Shown here in pieces: positions 10,801 through 22,254 of a DNA stretch of 64,000 nucleotides. Source of the DNA: Squalus acanthias (Eukaryota); contig JASTWF010000034.1 of assembly GCA_030390025.1 (NCBI GenBank), forward strand, positions 868,001 to 932,000, given 5' to 3'. Made by a program: the position numbers and the translations under genes. Every line of letters starts with the position of its first letter. Position 1 is the stretch's first letter. The notes beneath the pieces are model-generated. The model worked only from the letters and a program-made list of their open reading frames with translations. It did no database searches and was not told the origin of the DNA.

Positions 10801-12595
10801 GGCAGTGTAGAGGGAGCTTTATTCGATATCTAACCATTGCAGTACCTGCCCTGGGAGTGTATGATGGGATTCTGTAGAGCGATCTTTACTCTGCATCTTA
10901 CCTGTGCTGTGCTTGTCCTCGGAGAGTTTGATGGGACGGTGTAGAGGGAGATTTACTCTGTATGTAACCCCGTGCTGTACATGCCCTTGGAGTGTTTGAT
11001 TGGACAGTGTAATGGGAGCTTTACTCTTTACCTAACCCATGCACTACTTGCCCTGCGAGTGTTTGATGGGACAGTGAAGCGGGAGCTTTACTCTGTATCT
11101 TACCTAAGCTGTAGCTGACCTGGGAGTGTTTGATGGCACAGTGCAGAGGGAGCTTTACTCTGTATCTTACCCCGTGCATTACCTGCCCTGCGAGTATTTG
11201 ATGGGGCAGTTAGAGGGAGCTTTATTCTATATCTAACCATTGCAGTACCTGCCCTAGGAGTTTATGATGGGATTCTGCATCTTACCTGTGCTGTACCTGT
11301 CCTGGCAGTGTTTGATGGGACAGTGTAGAGGGAGCTTTACTCTGCATCTAACCCGTGCTGTACCTGCCCTGGGAGTGTTTGATGGGGTAGTTTAGGGGGC
11401 ACTTTATCTGTATCTAACCATTGCCCTGGGACTGCTGAATGGGACAGTGTAGAGGGAGCCCTACTCTATATCTAACCATTGTTGTATCTGCCCTTGGTGT
11501 GTTTGATGGCACAATGTATAGTGAGCTTTACTCTGTATCTAACCCGTGCAGTATCTGGCCTGGGAGTGTTTGTTGGAACTGGATAGAGGGGTCTTTACTC
11601 TGTATCTAACCCGTGCTGTTCCAGAACTGGGAGTGTTTGATGTGATAGCATACAGGGAGCTTTACACAGTATCAAACCCGTGCTGTACCTGCCCTGGGAG
11701 CGTTTGATGGGGCAGTGTAGAAGCAGCTTTACTCTGCATCTTACCCGTGCAGTACCTGGCCTGGGAGTGTTCAATGTCACAGTATACAGGGAGCTATAGT
11801 CAGTATCTAACACGGGCTGTACACGCCTGGGAATATGTAATGTGACAGTGTGGAGGAAGCTTTACTCTGCATCCAACCCAGTGCTGTACCTGCCCTGCGA
11901 GTGTTTGATGGGACAGTGTAGCGGGAGCTTTACTCTGTACCTAACCGATGCACTAACTGCCCTGCGAGTGTTTGATGGGACAGTGCAGTGGGAGCTTTAC
12001 TCTATATCTAACCCGTGCTGTACCTGCCCTGGAAATGTTTGATGGGACAGTGTAGAGGGTATTTAATCTGTATCTAAACCGTACTGTTCCTGCCCTGGGA
12101 GTGTTTGATGGGACAGTGTAGAGGGAACATTATTCTGCATCTAACTAGTGCTGTAGCTGTCTGGGAATCGTTGTTGGCGCAGTGCAGAGAGAGCTTTACT
12201 CTGTATCTTAACCTTGCTGTACCTGCCCTGGGAGTGTTTGATGGGATTTTGTAGAGAGAGCTTTACTCTGTATCTAAACCTTGCTGTACCTGCCCTGGGA
12301 GTGTGTGTTGGGACAGTGTAGAGGAAGCTTTACTCTGTATCTAAACCGTGCTGTACCTGCCCTGGGAGTGTTTGATGGGATTGTGTAGAGGGAGATTTAC
12401 TCTGTATCTAAACCTTGCTGTACGTGCACTGGGAGTGCTTGACAGCCAGTGTATTGTGCGCTTTACTCTATATCGAACCCATGCTGTACCTAACCTGCGA
12501 GTGTTTGATGGGACAGTGCAGAGGGATCTTTACTAAGTATCTAACAAATGCTGTACCTGCCCTGGGACTGTTTGATGGGACAGTGTACTGGGAGC
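7848..12595. repeat. 67-bp satellite array (ctctgtatctaacccgtgctgtacctgccctgggagtgtttgatgggacagtgtagagggagcttta)
   Basis: Direct tandem periodicity of 67 nt (e.g. 8401 vs 8468). Confidence 0.95.
8587..8777 (-). mobile_element. Short Penelope-like remnant (inverted terminal repeat fragments) in the satellite
   Basis: Matches the terminus of the element at 19801-21518; internal inverted repeat; flanked by direct repeat agtgtttgatgg (8575-8586 and 8778-8789). Confidence 0.8.
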
Positions 12596-12922
12596 CTTAT
12601 AACTCTTTATAACGTTAGAATCCTTAATAAACATTTACAAAAGGTGTATAATGGGTTATTAAGGATGATAATGATTTATAAAGGGTCATGTCCCTTTATC
12701 ATATTTTGCATCACTTTGTACCCCGTTCAAATCCCTTTATAATCCTTTGTCAATCATTATAACAATTTATAAGCCTTTGTCGATCATTACCACCCTTTAT
12801 ATTCCTTAACCATTCATCATAACACTTTATATTCTATTATCAAACTTTATATATCATTATAATACTTTATATTCATTTATAATAATTTATAACCCAACAT
12901 AATCCTTTATACCCTTTATAAA
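12596..12922. repeat. AT-rich low-complexity tract (ttataa-like units)
   Basis: Repeated tttata/attata motifs. Confidence 0.7.
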
Positions 12923-12924
12923 GC

Positions 12925-13990
12925 GTCAGGATACAGCGTAGGGATAATGGGTCGGTACTCAAATTGGCAGGATGTGACTCCTGGTGTCCGGCAGGGCTGT
13001 GTTTTGGGGCCTCAGCTATTCACAATATTTATTAATGACTTTAGGTGATGTCATAGAAAGTCATATACTGAAATTTGCCGATGACACAAAGATAGGCAGC
13101 ATTGTAGGCAGTGTAGGTGAAACCATAAAATTACAAAGGGATATTGACAGATTAAGGGAATGGGCAAAACTATGGCAAATGGATTTCAATGTAATCAAAT
13201 GTGAGGTCAATCACTTTGGACCCTAAAAGGATAGAACAGGTTACTTTCTAAATGGTGAAAAGCTAAAAAGAGTGGATGTCCAAAGAGACTTGGGGGGTCC
13301 AGGTGCACAGATCATTAAACTGTCATGGACAGGTACAGAAAATAATCAAAAAGGCTCATGGAAAGCTGGTCTTTATATCTAAAGGACTAGATTACAAGGG
13401 GGTAGAAGTTATTCTGCAGCTATACAAAACCCTGGTTAGACCACACCTGGAGTACTGGGAGCAGTTCTGGGCACCACACCTTAGGAAGGATATATTGGCC
13501 TTGGAGGGAGTGCAGCGCAGGTTTACCAGAATGATACCCAGACTTCAAGGGTTAAGTTACGAGGAGAGATTACACAAATTAGGGTTGTATTCCCTAGAAT
13601 TTAGAAGGTTAAGGGGTGATCTGAGCGAAGTTTTCAGGATATTAAGGGGAACAGATAGAGTAGATAGCGAGAAACTATTTCCATTGGTGGGGATACTAGG
13701 ACTGGAGGCACAGTCTAAGAATTAGAGGCAGTCCTTTCAGGAGTGAAATTAGGAAACACTTCTACACACAAAGTGGGAGAAATTTGGAACTCTCTTCCAC
13801 AAACGGAAGTGGATGCTAGATAAATTGTTAATTTTAAATCGGAGATTTATTGCTTTTTGTTAACCAAAGGTATGAAGGGATATGGGCCAAAGGTGGGTTT
13901 ATGGAGTTAGATCGCAGATCAGTCAATGATCGCAATGAATGGGGCAACAGGCTCGAGGGGCTGAATGGCCGACTCCTCTTCCTATGTTCC
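12925..13990 (+). mobile_element. CR1 LINE 3' fragment (RT C-terminus and 3' UTR)
   Basis: KFADDTK, LVRPHLEY, LEGVQRRFTRMIP; 3' end gaatggccgactcctcttcctatgttcct. Confidence 0.92.
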
Positions 13991-14089
13991 TCAGTGTAGG
14001 ATCCGTTAACTTGTTAGCCCTCCCCAAATGCATTACCTCACACTTCTCCGGATTGAATTCCATTTGTCACAATCTTCCTGCATGTAGCA

Positions 14090-14470
14090 TGAGTTATACA
14101 CAGAGTAAAGCTCCCTTTACACTGCCCAATCGAATAGTCCAAGGGCAGGTACAGCACGGGTTAGATAGAGAGATACAGAGTAAAGCTCCCTTTACACTGC
14201 CCAATCAAATAGTCCAAGGGCAGGTACAGTACGGGTTAGATCGAGAGATACAGAGTAAAGCTCCCTTTACACTGTCCAATCAAACAGTCCAAGGGCAGGT
14301 ACAGTACGGGTTAGATCGAGAGATACAGATTGAAGCTCCCTTTACACTGCCCAATCAAACAGTCCAAGGGCAGGTACAGCACGGGTTAGATAGAGAGATA
14401 CAGACTAAACCTTCCTCTGCCCTGTCCACTCAAACACTCGCAGGGCAGGTACAGCGCGGGTGACATGCAA
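14090..14470. repeat. 71-bp variant of the 67-bp satellite (extra GAGA), reverse orientation
   Basis: Units contain gttagatagagagatacagagtaaagc; paralogous block at ~46520-46970. Confidence 0.8.
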
Positions 14471-14762
14471 AGCTCCCTCTAATACAGCATGTGCAGTGTA
14501 CAGCTCCCTTGACACTACCCAATGAAGCACAACCAGCTCGGGTACAGCATGGGGTGAATACAGAATAAAGATCGCTCTACATGCAAGTGTAAAACACTCC
14601 CGGGTGAGGTACGGGCAAGGTTTATCTCCGAGTTAAGCTCCGCTCAACTTGTCACATCAAAGGCCGAGCCTGATGGCAGATGTTGAACAGCTCCCAGTAT
14701 CTGGTTAGACTCTCACCTCAGCAATATCCTGGACTGATGGGATTCTCAGTAAAGTTTCTTAC

Positions 14763-14931
14763 TTTTCCAATCATTGTTGAAGCTTCCCGTTTTATCCCGT
14801 CTCCGACACTGGGGGTCTCGATCCCACCAGATCTGCTCTGTGAACACAGCGACATTTCTCCTGTCCCAGTCAGTGAGGCGATGATTCGACTTCTCTCTCC
14901 ACCTTCCTGAGATATTGCTCACTCCCAGAGA
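14763..14931 (-). other. Putative exon with start codon (copy 1 of 4): MSLCSQSRSGGIETPSVGDGIKREASTMIGK
   Basis: Acceptor tttttctattgacag, ATG at 14855, donor AAA|gtaaga; upstream donor GG|gtgagt at 15104. Confidence 0.5.
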
Positions 14932-15589
14932 CTGTCAATAGAAAAATGATTCATATTAATCCCAGAATACAGGGGGAGCATTTTTGTGACCATAATTATA
15001 TTCAATGTGATTATTTTTGCAATTAATCAGTGTGTTTGAATTACTAACTTTAATATTGAATAGTTCTTTTCTGTCCATTGCCCTGTTTATTGGGACTAAC
15101 TCACCCCCAGTGTCAGCTGTCACTCCAGCTCCTCCCACACTGACATCCCACTGATGGGCTGTAACCAAGGGCGGGGCCCTGTCTCCAGGTGACATCACAC
15201 AGCAGCAAGGAACGATGTCACAAAGCGGCCGGAGCCCCTCCCACTCGAGGTGTCACAGGGTCACATTGACCAGGCTCTGCTCCTGGTATGCAGTCTCACT
15301 GGGCATGAACACAGGGTGTACAATCAGCCCCGTCTCCGGGAATGAACCGGGATCCTGCCCTACATCTCTCCCGAGTTTTATTTCCATCGGTGTAAAATGG
15401 GTGGCTGATTCACAATCACCCGGTTTGTACTATTGCACCTACTAAACGTCAAACTCTGCCCCAGTGTTTCTTTCCTTCTCTACGTATCTGCTCCCTCACT
15501 GTCTCTGCCTCTCTCTCTCTCTCTCCACAGTGAGGGATCCGTCTGGGGCTGGGATTATACTGTGCGGAAAAGACCAGAATATCAGTCAG

Positions 15590-15848
15590 TCTCTCTTCCC
15601 GCTCCCACATCGTTACCTCTGGTGTCCCCCAAGGATCTCTCCTTGCCTCCCCTCCTATTTCTCATCTACATGTTGCCCCTTGGTGACATCATCCAGAAAC
15701 ACAGTCAGTTTCCACATGTACGCTGACGACACGCAGCTCTACCTCACTACCTCTTCTCTCGACCCCTCCACGGTGTCTAAATTGTCAGACTGCTTGACTG
15801 ACATGAGGAAAAGTTTCGCCAAGTAAATATTGGGAAGACCGAAGCCAT
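15590..15848 (+). mobile_element. L2-type LINE RT fragment
   Basis: PLLFLIYMLPLG, HMYADDTQLY. Confidence 0.8.
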
Positions 15849-16249
15849 TAATCCCAGAATACAGGGGGGGCATTCTTGTGACCAAATTTATATTCAATGT
15901 GATTATTTTTGCAATTAATGAGTGTTTGAATTACTAACTTTATTATATTGTTCTATTCTGTCCATTGCCCTGTTTATTGGGACTAAACTCACCCCCAGTG
16001 TCAGCTGTCACTCCAGCTCCTCCCCCACTGATGGACCGTAACCAGGGGCGGGGCACTGTCTCTAGGTGACATCACACAGCAGCAAGGAACGATGTCACAA
16101 AGCGGCCTGAGCCCCTCCCACTCGAGGTGTCACAGGGTCACATTGACCAGGCTCTGCTCCTGGTGTGCAGTCTCACTGGGCATGAACACAGGGTGTACAA
16201 TCAGCCCCGTCTCCAACCCCGCTCCCTTCATATGATGCGTACTGATCCA

Positions 16250-16698
16250 AAAACACTCAAGAAGCTCGACACCATCCAGGACAAAGCAGCCCGTTTGATT
16301 CACAACCCATCCACATACCTTACACATTCGCTCCCTCCACCACCGGTGTACCGTGGCTGCAGTGTGTACCATCTACAAGATGCACTGCAGCAACTCGCCA
16401 AGACATCTTCGCCAGCACCACCCAAACCCGCAACCTCTTCCACCTAGAAGGACAAGGGCAGCAGACGCATGGGAACACCAGCACCTCCAGGTTCCCCTCC
16501 AAGTCACACACCATCCTGACTTGGAAGTATATCGCCAATCCTTCCTCGTTGCTGGTTGAAAATCCTGGAACTCCCTACCTACCGTCTGCAGCGGTTCAAG
16601 AAGGCAGCTCACCACCACCTTCTCAAGGGCAGGTAGGGATGGGCAGTAAATGCTGGCCTTGCCAGCGACCCTCACATCCCATAAACGAATAATAAAAA
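16250..16698 (+). mobile_element. LINE 3' end (CR1/L2 group) with A-rich tail
   Basis: LDTIQDKAARLI..., YKMHCSNSPR, ends cacatcccataaacgaataataaaaaa; paralogue at 60810-61315. Confidence 0.8.
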
Positions 16699-16699
16699 A

Positions 16700-17220
16700 G
16701 TGCTTCTGCTGCAGTTGCACTGAGGGCCGCGCATGCGCCCTGACCCCGCCCTGTCCAAGATGGCGGCGCGGGGAAAAGTCCCGCCTTCCTTCACCAAGAT
16801 GGCGGCCGGTTGCCGGGGTAACCCGGGTCTGTCGGCGGGGACAAAGCCTTCAGCAAGTTGGCGGACAGTCGCCCCGCGCAGCCGGGCCTGGCGCTGCGGC
16901 GCAAACACGAGGCCCCGCGGGGTCTTATTCGGGGCCTGAGGCCGGGTGTTTGTGAAGCTTCCCAGATCCCGCGGCGCCTGTTCCTCCCCGGCCCCCAGAA
17001 TCTCCTGCCGCTTCTTGAATCGTTTGTTCGCCCATTAGTACAACAGGAAATGCTCTAACGAAGTTATCGACCAGAAACGTTGTCTTTGTTTCTCTCCCCG
17101 CCACGTTCCTGCTGCCGCCATTGCCCCGTCTGCGCATGCTCGGAGCACTACCCGGCCCCGCGCCTGCGCACTGGACTCCTGTAGTCATTGATTGGGCACT
17201 TTCTGCCACGCGGGGGATCG
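16700..17220. promoter_or_regulatory. CpG-island-like promoter element
   Basis: CpG-rich; two YY1-type AAGATGGCGGC (16757, 16796), NRF1-type GCGCATGCGC (16729), GC boxes. Confidence 0.6.
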
Positions 17221-17224
17221 TGGG

Positions 17225-18305
17225 TAAACACACCGCCATTGAATGCCACAAAACAGACACCAGCTTTTCAGACCGGCAAAAGGTGGAAAGTGGTGTTCCA
17301 TAGGGATCGCTGCTAGGACCGCTGCTGTTCACAATTTACATAAACAATTTCGGCTCGAGAATTTGAAGTACAATTTCAAAATTTGTCAATGATACCAAAT
17401 TGGGAGGTACAGTTACTATTGATGAAGACTGTGACATAATGCAAGAAGACATTACTAAACTTGCAGAATGGAAGTGTAAATGGCGAATGAATTTCAATAT
17501 AGATAAGTGTGAGGTGGCGCCTTTTGGTAGGAAGAATAAGGAGGCCAGATACTGCTTTGAAAATAAGAGTATAAATGGGGTAGAGGAGCAATGCGATTTC
17601 GGGGTACAGATACACAGAACACTAAAAGTAGCAATGGAGGTTAATAGGGCCATACAAAAGAAACAAAGCACTGCGGTTCATATCCAGAGGGATCGAATTG
17701 CAAAGCAGGGAGGTTATGTTAAACTTGTACTGACCCTGGGTTAGATCATACTTGGAGTACTGTGAAAAGCTCTGGTCTCCATATTATTACGAGGGGCCCA
17801 ATGGCCTACTCCTGCTCTTATTTCTTATGTTCTTAATATAGAGGCACTGGAGAAGGAGATTTGTAAGGATGATCCTAGAACTGAGAGGATATACTTATCA
17901 GGAAAGGCTGAACAGGCTGGGTCTATTTTCTCTTGAAGAAAGAGAATGCTGATGGATGACCGGATAGAGGTCTTTAAGATTATGAGAAGGTTATAAAGGG
18001 TGGTCGTGGAGAAAATGTTTCCACTTGTGGGAGTCCAAAACTGGAGATCATCAAGAAAAGATAGTCACTAATAAATCAAATGGAGAATTCAGGAGAAATT
18101 CTTCACCCAAAGAGAGGTGAGAATGTGGAACTCGCTACCACAGGGAGTAGTGGAGGCGGATAGTACAGATGCATTTAAGGAGAAGCTCGATAAACACATG
18201 AGGGAGAAAGGAATATAAGGTTATGCTAATAGAATTAGATGAAGAGGGGTGAGAGGAGGCTTGTGTGGGGAATAAACACCGGCACAAACCAATTGGGCAG
18301 AATAG
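17225..18305 (+). mobile_element. Old CR1 LINE 3' fragment
   Basis: SGVP.GS.LGPLLF-like, KCEV..FGRKN remnants; many stops. Confidence 0.85.
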
Positions 18306-18714
18306 GTCAGAGGCAGAGTAAATCTACCCCAACACTGCCCCATCAAACTCTCCGAGGGCAGGCACAACACGACTTAGACACAGTGTAAATCTCCCTCAGC
18401 ACTGTCCCATCAAACAATCCCAGGGCAGTTTCAGCAAAGGTTAGTTACAGAGTAAAGGTCCCTCAACACTGGCCCAACAAACTCTCTCAGGGCAGGTACA
18501 GCACGGGTTAGATACAGAGTAAATCTCCCTCTACACTATCTCATCAAACACTCCCAGGGCAGATGCAGCACGGGTAAGATACAGAGTAAAGCTCCCTCTA
18601 CACTGTCCCGCCATACACTCCCAGGGCAGGAACAGCATGTGTTAGATACAGAGTAAAGCTCCCTCTACACTGTCCCATAAAAGGACCTCAGGGCAGGTTC
18701 AGTCCATGTTTGAA

Positions 18715-19355
18715 ACACAGAAAAATAGGAGCAGGAGTAGGCCATTCGGCCCTTCGAGCCTGCTCCGCCATTCAACACGATCATGGCTGCTCCTCTATCT
18801 CAGTACCAAATTCCCGGTCTCTCCCCATACCCCTTGATGCCTTTTGTGTCTAGAAATCTATCTATCTCCTTCTTAAATATATTCAGTGATTTGGACACCA
18901 CAGCCTCTATGGTAGAGAATTCCACAGGTTCACCACCCTCCGAGTGAAGATATTTCTCCTCATCTCAGTCCTAAATGTCCTACCCCGTATCCTGAGATTG
19001 TGACCCCTCGTTCTAGACACCCCAGCCAGGGGAAACATCCTCCCTGCATCCAGTCTGTCTAGCACTGTCAGAATTTTATACCATTCAATCAGATGCCCAT
19101 TCCTTCTTCTAATCTCTAGTGAATACAGGCCTAGTCGACCCAACCTCTCCTAAAACGTCAGTCCTGTCATCCCAGGAATCAGTCTGGTGAATCTTCGCTG
19201 CACTCCATCTATGGTAAGTATATCCTTTCTTAGGTAAGGAGACCAAAACAGCACACAGTACACCAGGTGTGGTCTCACCAAGGCCCTGTATAACTGTAGT
19301 AAGACATTCTTGCTCCTGTACTAAAATCCTCTTGCAATGAACGCCAACATACCGT
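18715..19355 (-). mobile_element. CR1 LINE 3' fragment
   Basis: LGLYSLEIRR..., RTRGHNLRI, RVVNLWNSLP; 3' UTR near 18720. Confidence 0.9.
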
Positions 19356-19853
19356 TTGATACAGAGTTAAGCTTCCTCTACACTGTTCCATCAAACCTGT
19401 CCAGGACAGGCACAACACGGGTTAGATACAGAGTAAAGTTCCCTCTACACTGTCAAATCAAACACTGCCATGGCAGGTACAGCGTAGGTTAGATACAGAG
19501 TAAAGTTCCCTCTACACTGTCCCATCAAACACTCCCAGTGCAGGTACAGCACGGTTTAGATACAGAGTAAAGCTCCATTTACACTGTCCCATCAAATCGC
19601 TCCCAGGACACGTATAACACGGGTTAGATGCAGAGTAAAGTTCCCTCTTCACTGTCCCATGAAACACTCCCAGGACAGGTTGAGACCATGTTTGATACTG
19701 GTAAAGCTGACGCTAGACTTTCCCCTCAAACTCTCCCAGGACAGGCACAACACGATTTAGCTACAGAGTTAAGCGCCCTCTTCAATGTCCCATCAAACCC
19801 AAAATTGAGAGGTCGCACAACACCAGGTTATAGTCCAACAGTTTTATTTGAAA

Positions 19854-19895
19854 TCACAAGCTTTCGGAGCTATCGATTGCTCCTTCCTCAGGTGA
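19854..19895 (-). ncRNA. Hammerhead ribozyme motif, inverted copy
   Basis: Reverse complement of 21386-21427. Confidence 0.78.
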
Positions 19896-20925
19896 AGTAA
19901 ATTGGATACAGAATCGCCAGAGCATATATAGATGGAAAACAAAGCATGTGTACTTTACAATTGCAGACCAATAAATTAAATCATCCTGACTATCTGCCGA
20001 GGTGTGATAAAGTTAATTAAGTCAGCCAGGAAGGTACCACATCAAACTTCAACATGTCATCGATGACGACAAACACCTCGCTAAGGCCATCCCCACGCCT
20101 CCACTACTTGCCTTCAAACAGCCGCCTAACCTCAGAAGTACCATCGTTCGCAGCAAATTACCCAGCTTTCAGGATAACAGCGACCACGACACCACACAAC
20201 CCTGCCATGGCAAACTCTGCAAGACATGCCAGATCATCAACACAGATACCACCATCACACGTGAGGACACTACCCACCAGGTACATGGTACATACTCATG
20301 TGACTCGGCCAACGTTGTCTACCTCATACGTTGCAGGAAAGAATGCACCGCGGCATGGTACATCGGCGAGACCATGCAGACACTGAGACAACGTATGAAC
20401 GAGCACCGCGCAACAATCGCCAGGCAGGATTGTTACCTCCCAGTCGGGGAACACTTCAGCAGTCAAGGACATTCAGCCTCGGATCTGCGGGTAAGCGTTC
20501 TCCAAGGCAACCTTAGAAACACACGACAACGCAAAATCATCGAGCAGAAACTGATAGCCAAGTTCCGCACTCATGAAGACGGTCTCAATCGGGATCTTGG
20601 GTTTATGTCACGATACATGACGTGATCCGGACTCGAGTCGTCGTTAGCTTGTTCACAGATGTGATTCCCAGTAAAATAGTAAAAATTTTCCCAGTAAAAA
20701 AGTAATTTTTTTTTAAAGCTTTTCGTTTTACATACAGACGGCAGCTTTTGACACGTTAGAACCCCTGCGACTACACCTCATTGTCTCAGTTGTATCTTGC
20801 TATGTCTTTTGATGTGGTACCTTCCTGGCTGACTTAATTAACTTTATCACACCTCGGCAGATAGTCAGGATGATTTAATTTATTGGTCTGCAATTGTAAA
20901 GTACACATGCTTTGTTTTCCATCTA

Positions 20926-21350
20926 CAGGAAACTTTCGTTTATCCGGCACCCAAATATCCGGAATGCTCGCTTAACCGGCAAAAATCATCCTCCGAAAAC
21001 TCCTCTCAAATAACCGGCAATGTTGCCGAGTCGCAGTCAAGTCTCCGCGAACGTCGAGTGCTCCGAAAACTCCTCTCAAATAACCGGCAATGTTGCCGAT
21101 CCCGAGTCCGAGTCCGAGTCCGCGAACGCCGATTTAGTCAGTAGGGGTACTTTTCAAAAGTGCCACTACTCGGCCTCCTGGCGCTGTCGGAAGTCCGAAA
21201 CACTGCAGTAGCAGGAGTTGATTCTCCCGTGCTGCCTGGAGTCTCTTTGTTGAAAATAGCCTCAGTAGATATAACTCTCCGTTATCCGGTACTTTCGATA
21301 AACCGGCACCACGCCGGTCCCGTCGATGCCGGATAAACGAAAGTTTCCTG
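20926..21350. mobile_element. Tc1/mariner (pogo/Tigger-like) MITE, 425 bp
   Basis: Perfect 24-bp TIRs CAGGAAACTTTCGTTTATCCGGCA, TA duplication; absent from the other inverted arm (19921-19940). Confidence 0.9.
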
Positions 21351-21385
21351 TATATATGCTCTGGCGATTCTGTATCCAATTTACT

Positions 21386-21427
21386 TCACCTGAGGAAGGA
21401 GCAATCGATAGCTCCGAAAGCTTGTGA
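21386..21427 (+). ncRNA. Minimal type I hammerhead ribozyme motif
   Basis: TCAC-CTGAGGA-A-GGAGC(aatcgata)GCTCC-GAAA-GC-TT-GTGA: CUGANGA and GAAA cores, stem II, palindromic AAGCTT stem III, TCAC/GTGA stem I. Confidence 0.8.
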
Positions 21428-22254
21428 TTTCAAATAAAACTGTTGGACTATAACCTGGTGTTGTGCGACCTCTCAATTTTGTCCACCCCAGTCCAACACC
21501 GGCATCTCCGCATCATGACCATGAAACCCACCCAGGGCATTTCCACACAGGTTAGAAACAGAGTAAATCTCACTCTACACTGCCTCATGAAACACTCCCA
21601 CAGGAGGTTCAGAATATGTTTGACAGATTAAAGTTCCCTCTACACTGTCCCATTGAACTCTCACAGGGCAGGTACAGCACAGGTTAGATACAGAGTAAAG
21701 TTCATCTCTGCATTGTCCCATCAAACACTCCCCTGGCAGGTTCAGACCACGTTTGATACAGTTTAGAGCTCCCTCTACACTGTCACATCAATCCCGGCCA
21801 GGGCAGGTACAGCACTGGTTAGATACAGCACTGGTTAGATACAGAGTAAATCTCCCTGTACATTGTCCCGTCCAACACTCCCAGGGCAGGTTCAAACAAT
21901 GATTGGTAAAGAGTAAAGCTCTCACTACACTGTCCCATCAAACACTCCCAGGGCAGGTACAGCATGTGTTAGATACAGAGTAAAGCTCCCTCTACAATGT
22001 CCCATCAAACGACCCCAGGGTAGGGACAGCACCGGTTAGATACAGATTAAAGCTCCGTTTACACCATCCCATCAAACTCTCCCAGGGCAGGTAAAGCACA
22101 GGGTAGATACAGAGTGAACCTCCCTCTACAATGTAACATCAAACACTCTCAGGGCAGGTACAGCACGGGTTAGATACAGAGAAAAACTCTCTACACTGTC
22201 CCATCAAAAAATCCCAGGGCAGGTTCAGACAATGTTTGGTAGAGTAAAGCTCTG

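Larger units (their letters stand above)
19801..21518 (+). mobile_element. Penelope-like element, 5'-truncated, with GIY-YIG endonuclease remnant and inverted terminal repeat
   Basis: PCHGKLCKTC..., NVVYLIRC..WYIGETMQTLRQRMNEHR..VGEHF..EQKLIAKF..GLN (20100-20625); 19801-20046 is the reverse complement of 20808-21480 without the MITE. Confidence 0.9.

Noticed and set aside
7848..12595. 67-bp repeats as a CRISPR array, or the MLYLPWECLMGQCRGSF ORFs as genes
   Set aside because: Contiguous tandem units with no unique spacers, no cas genes, eukaryotic context; the ORFs are translations of the satellite
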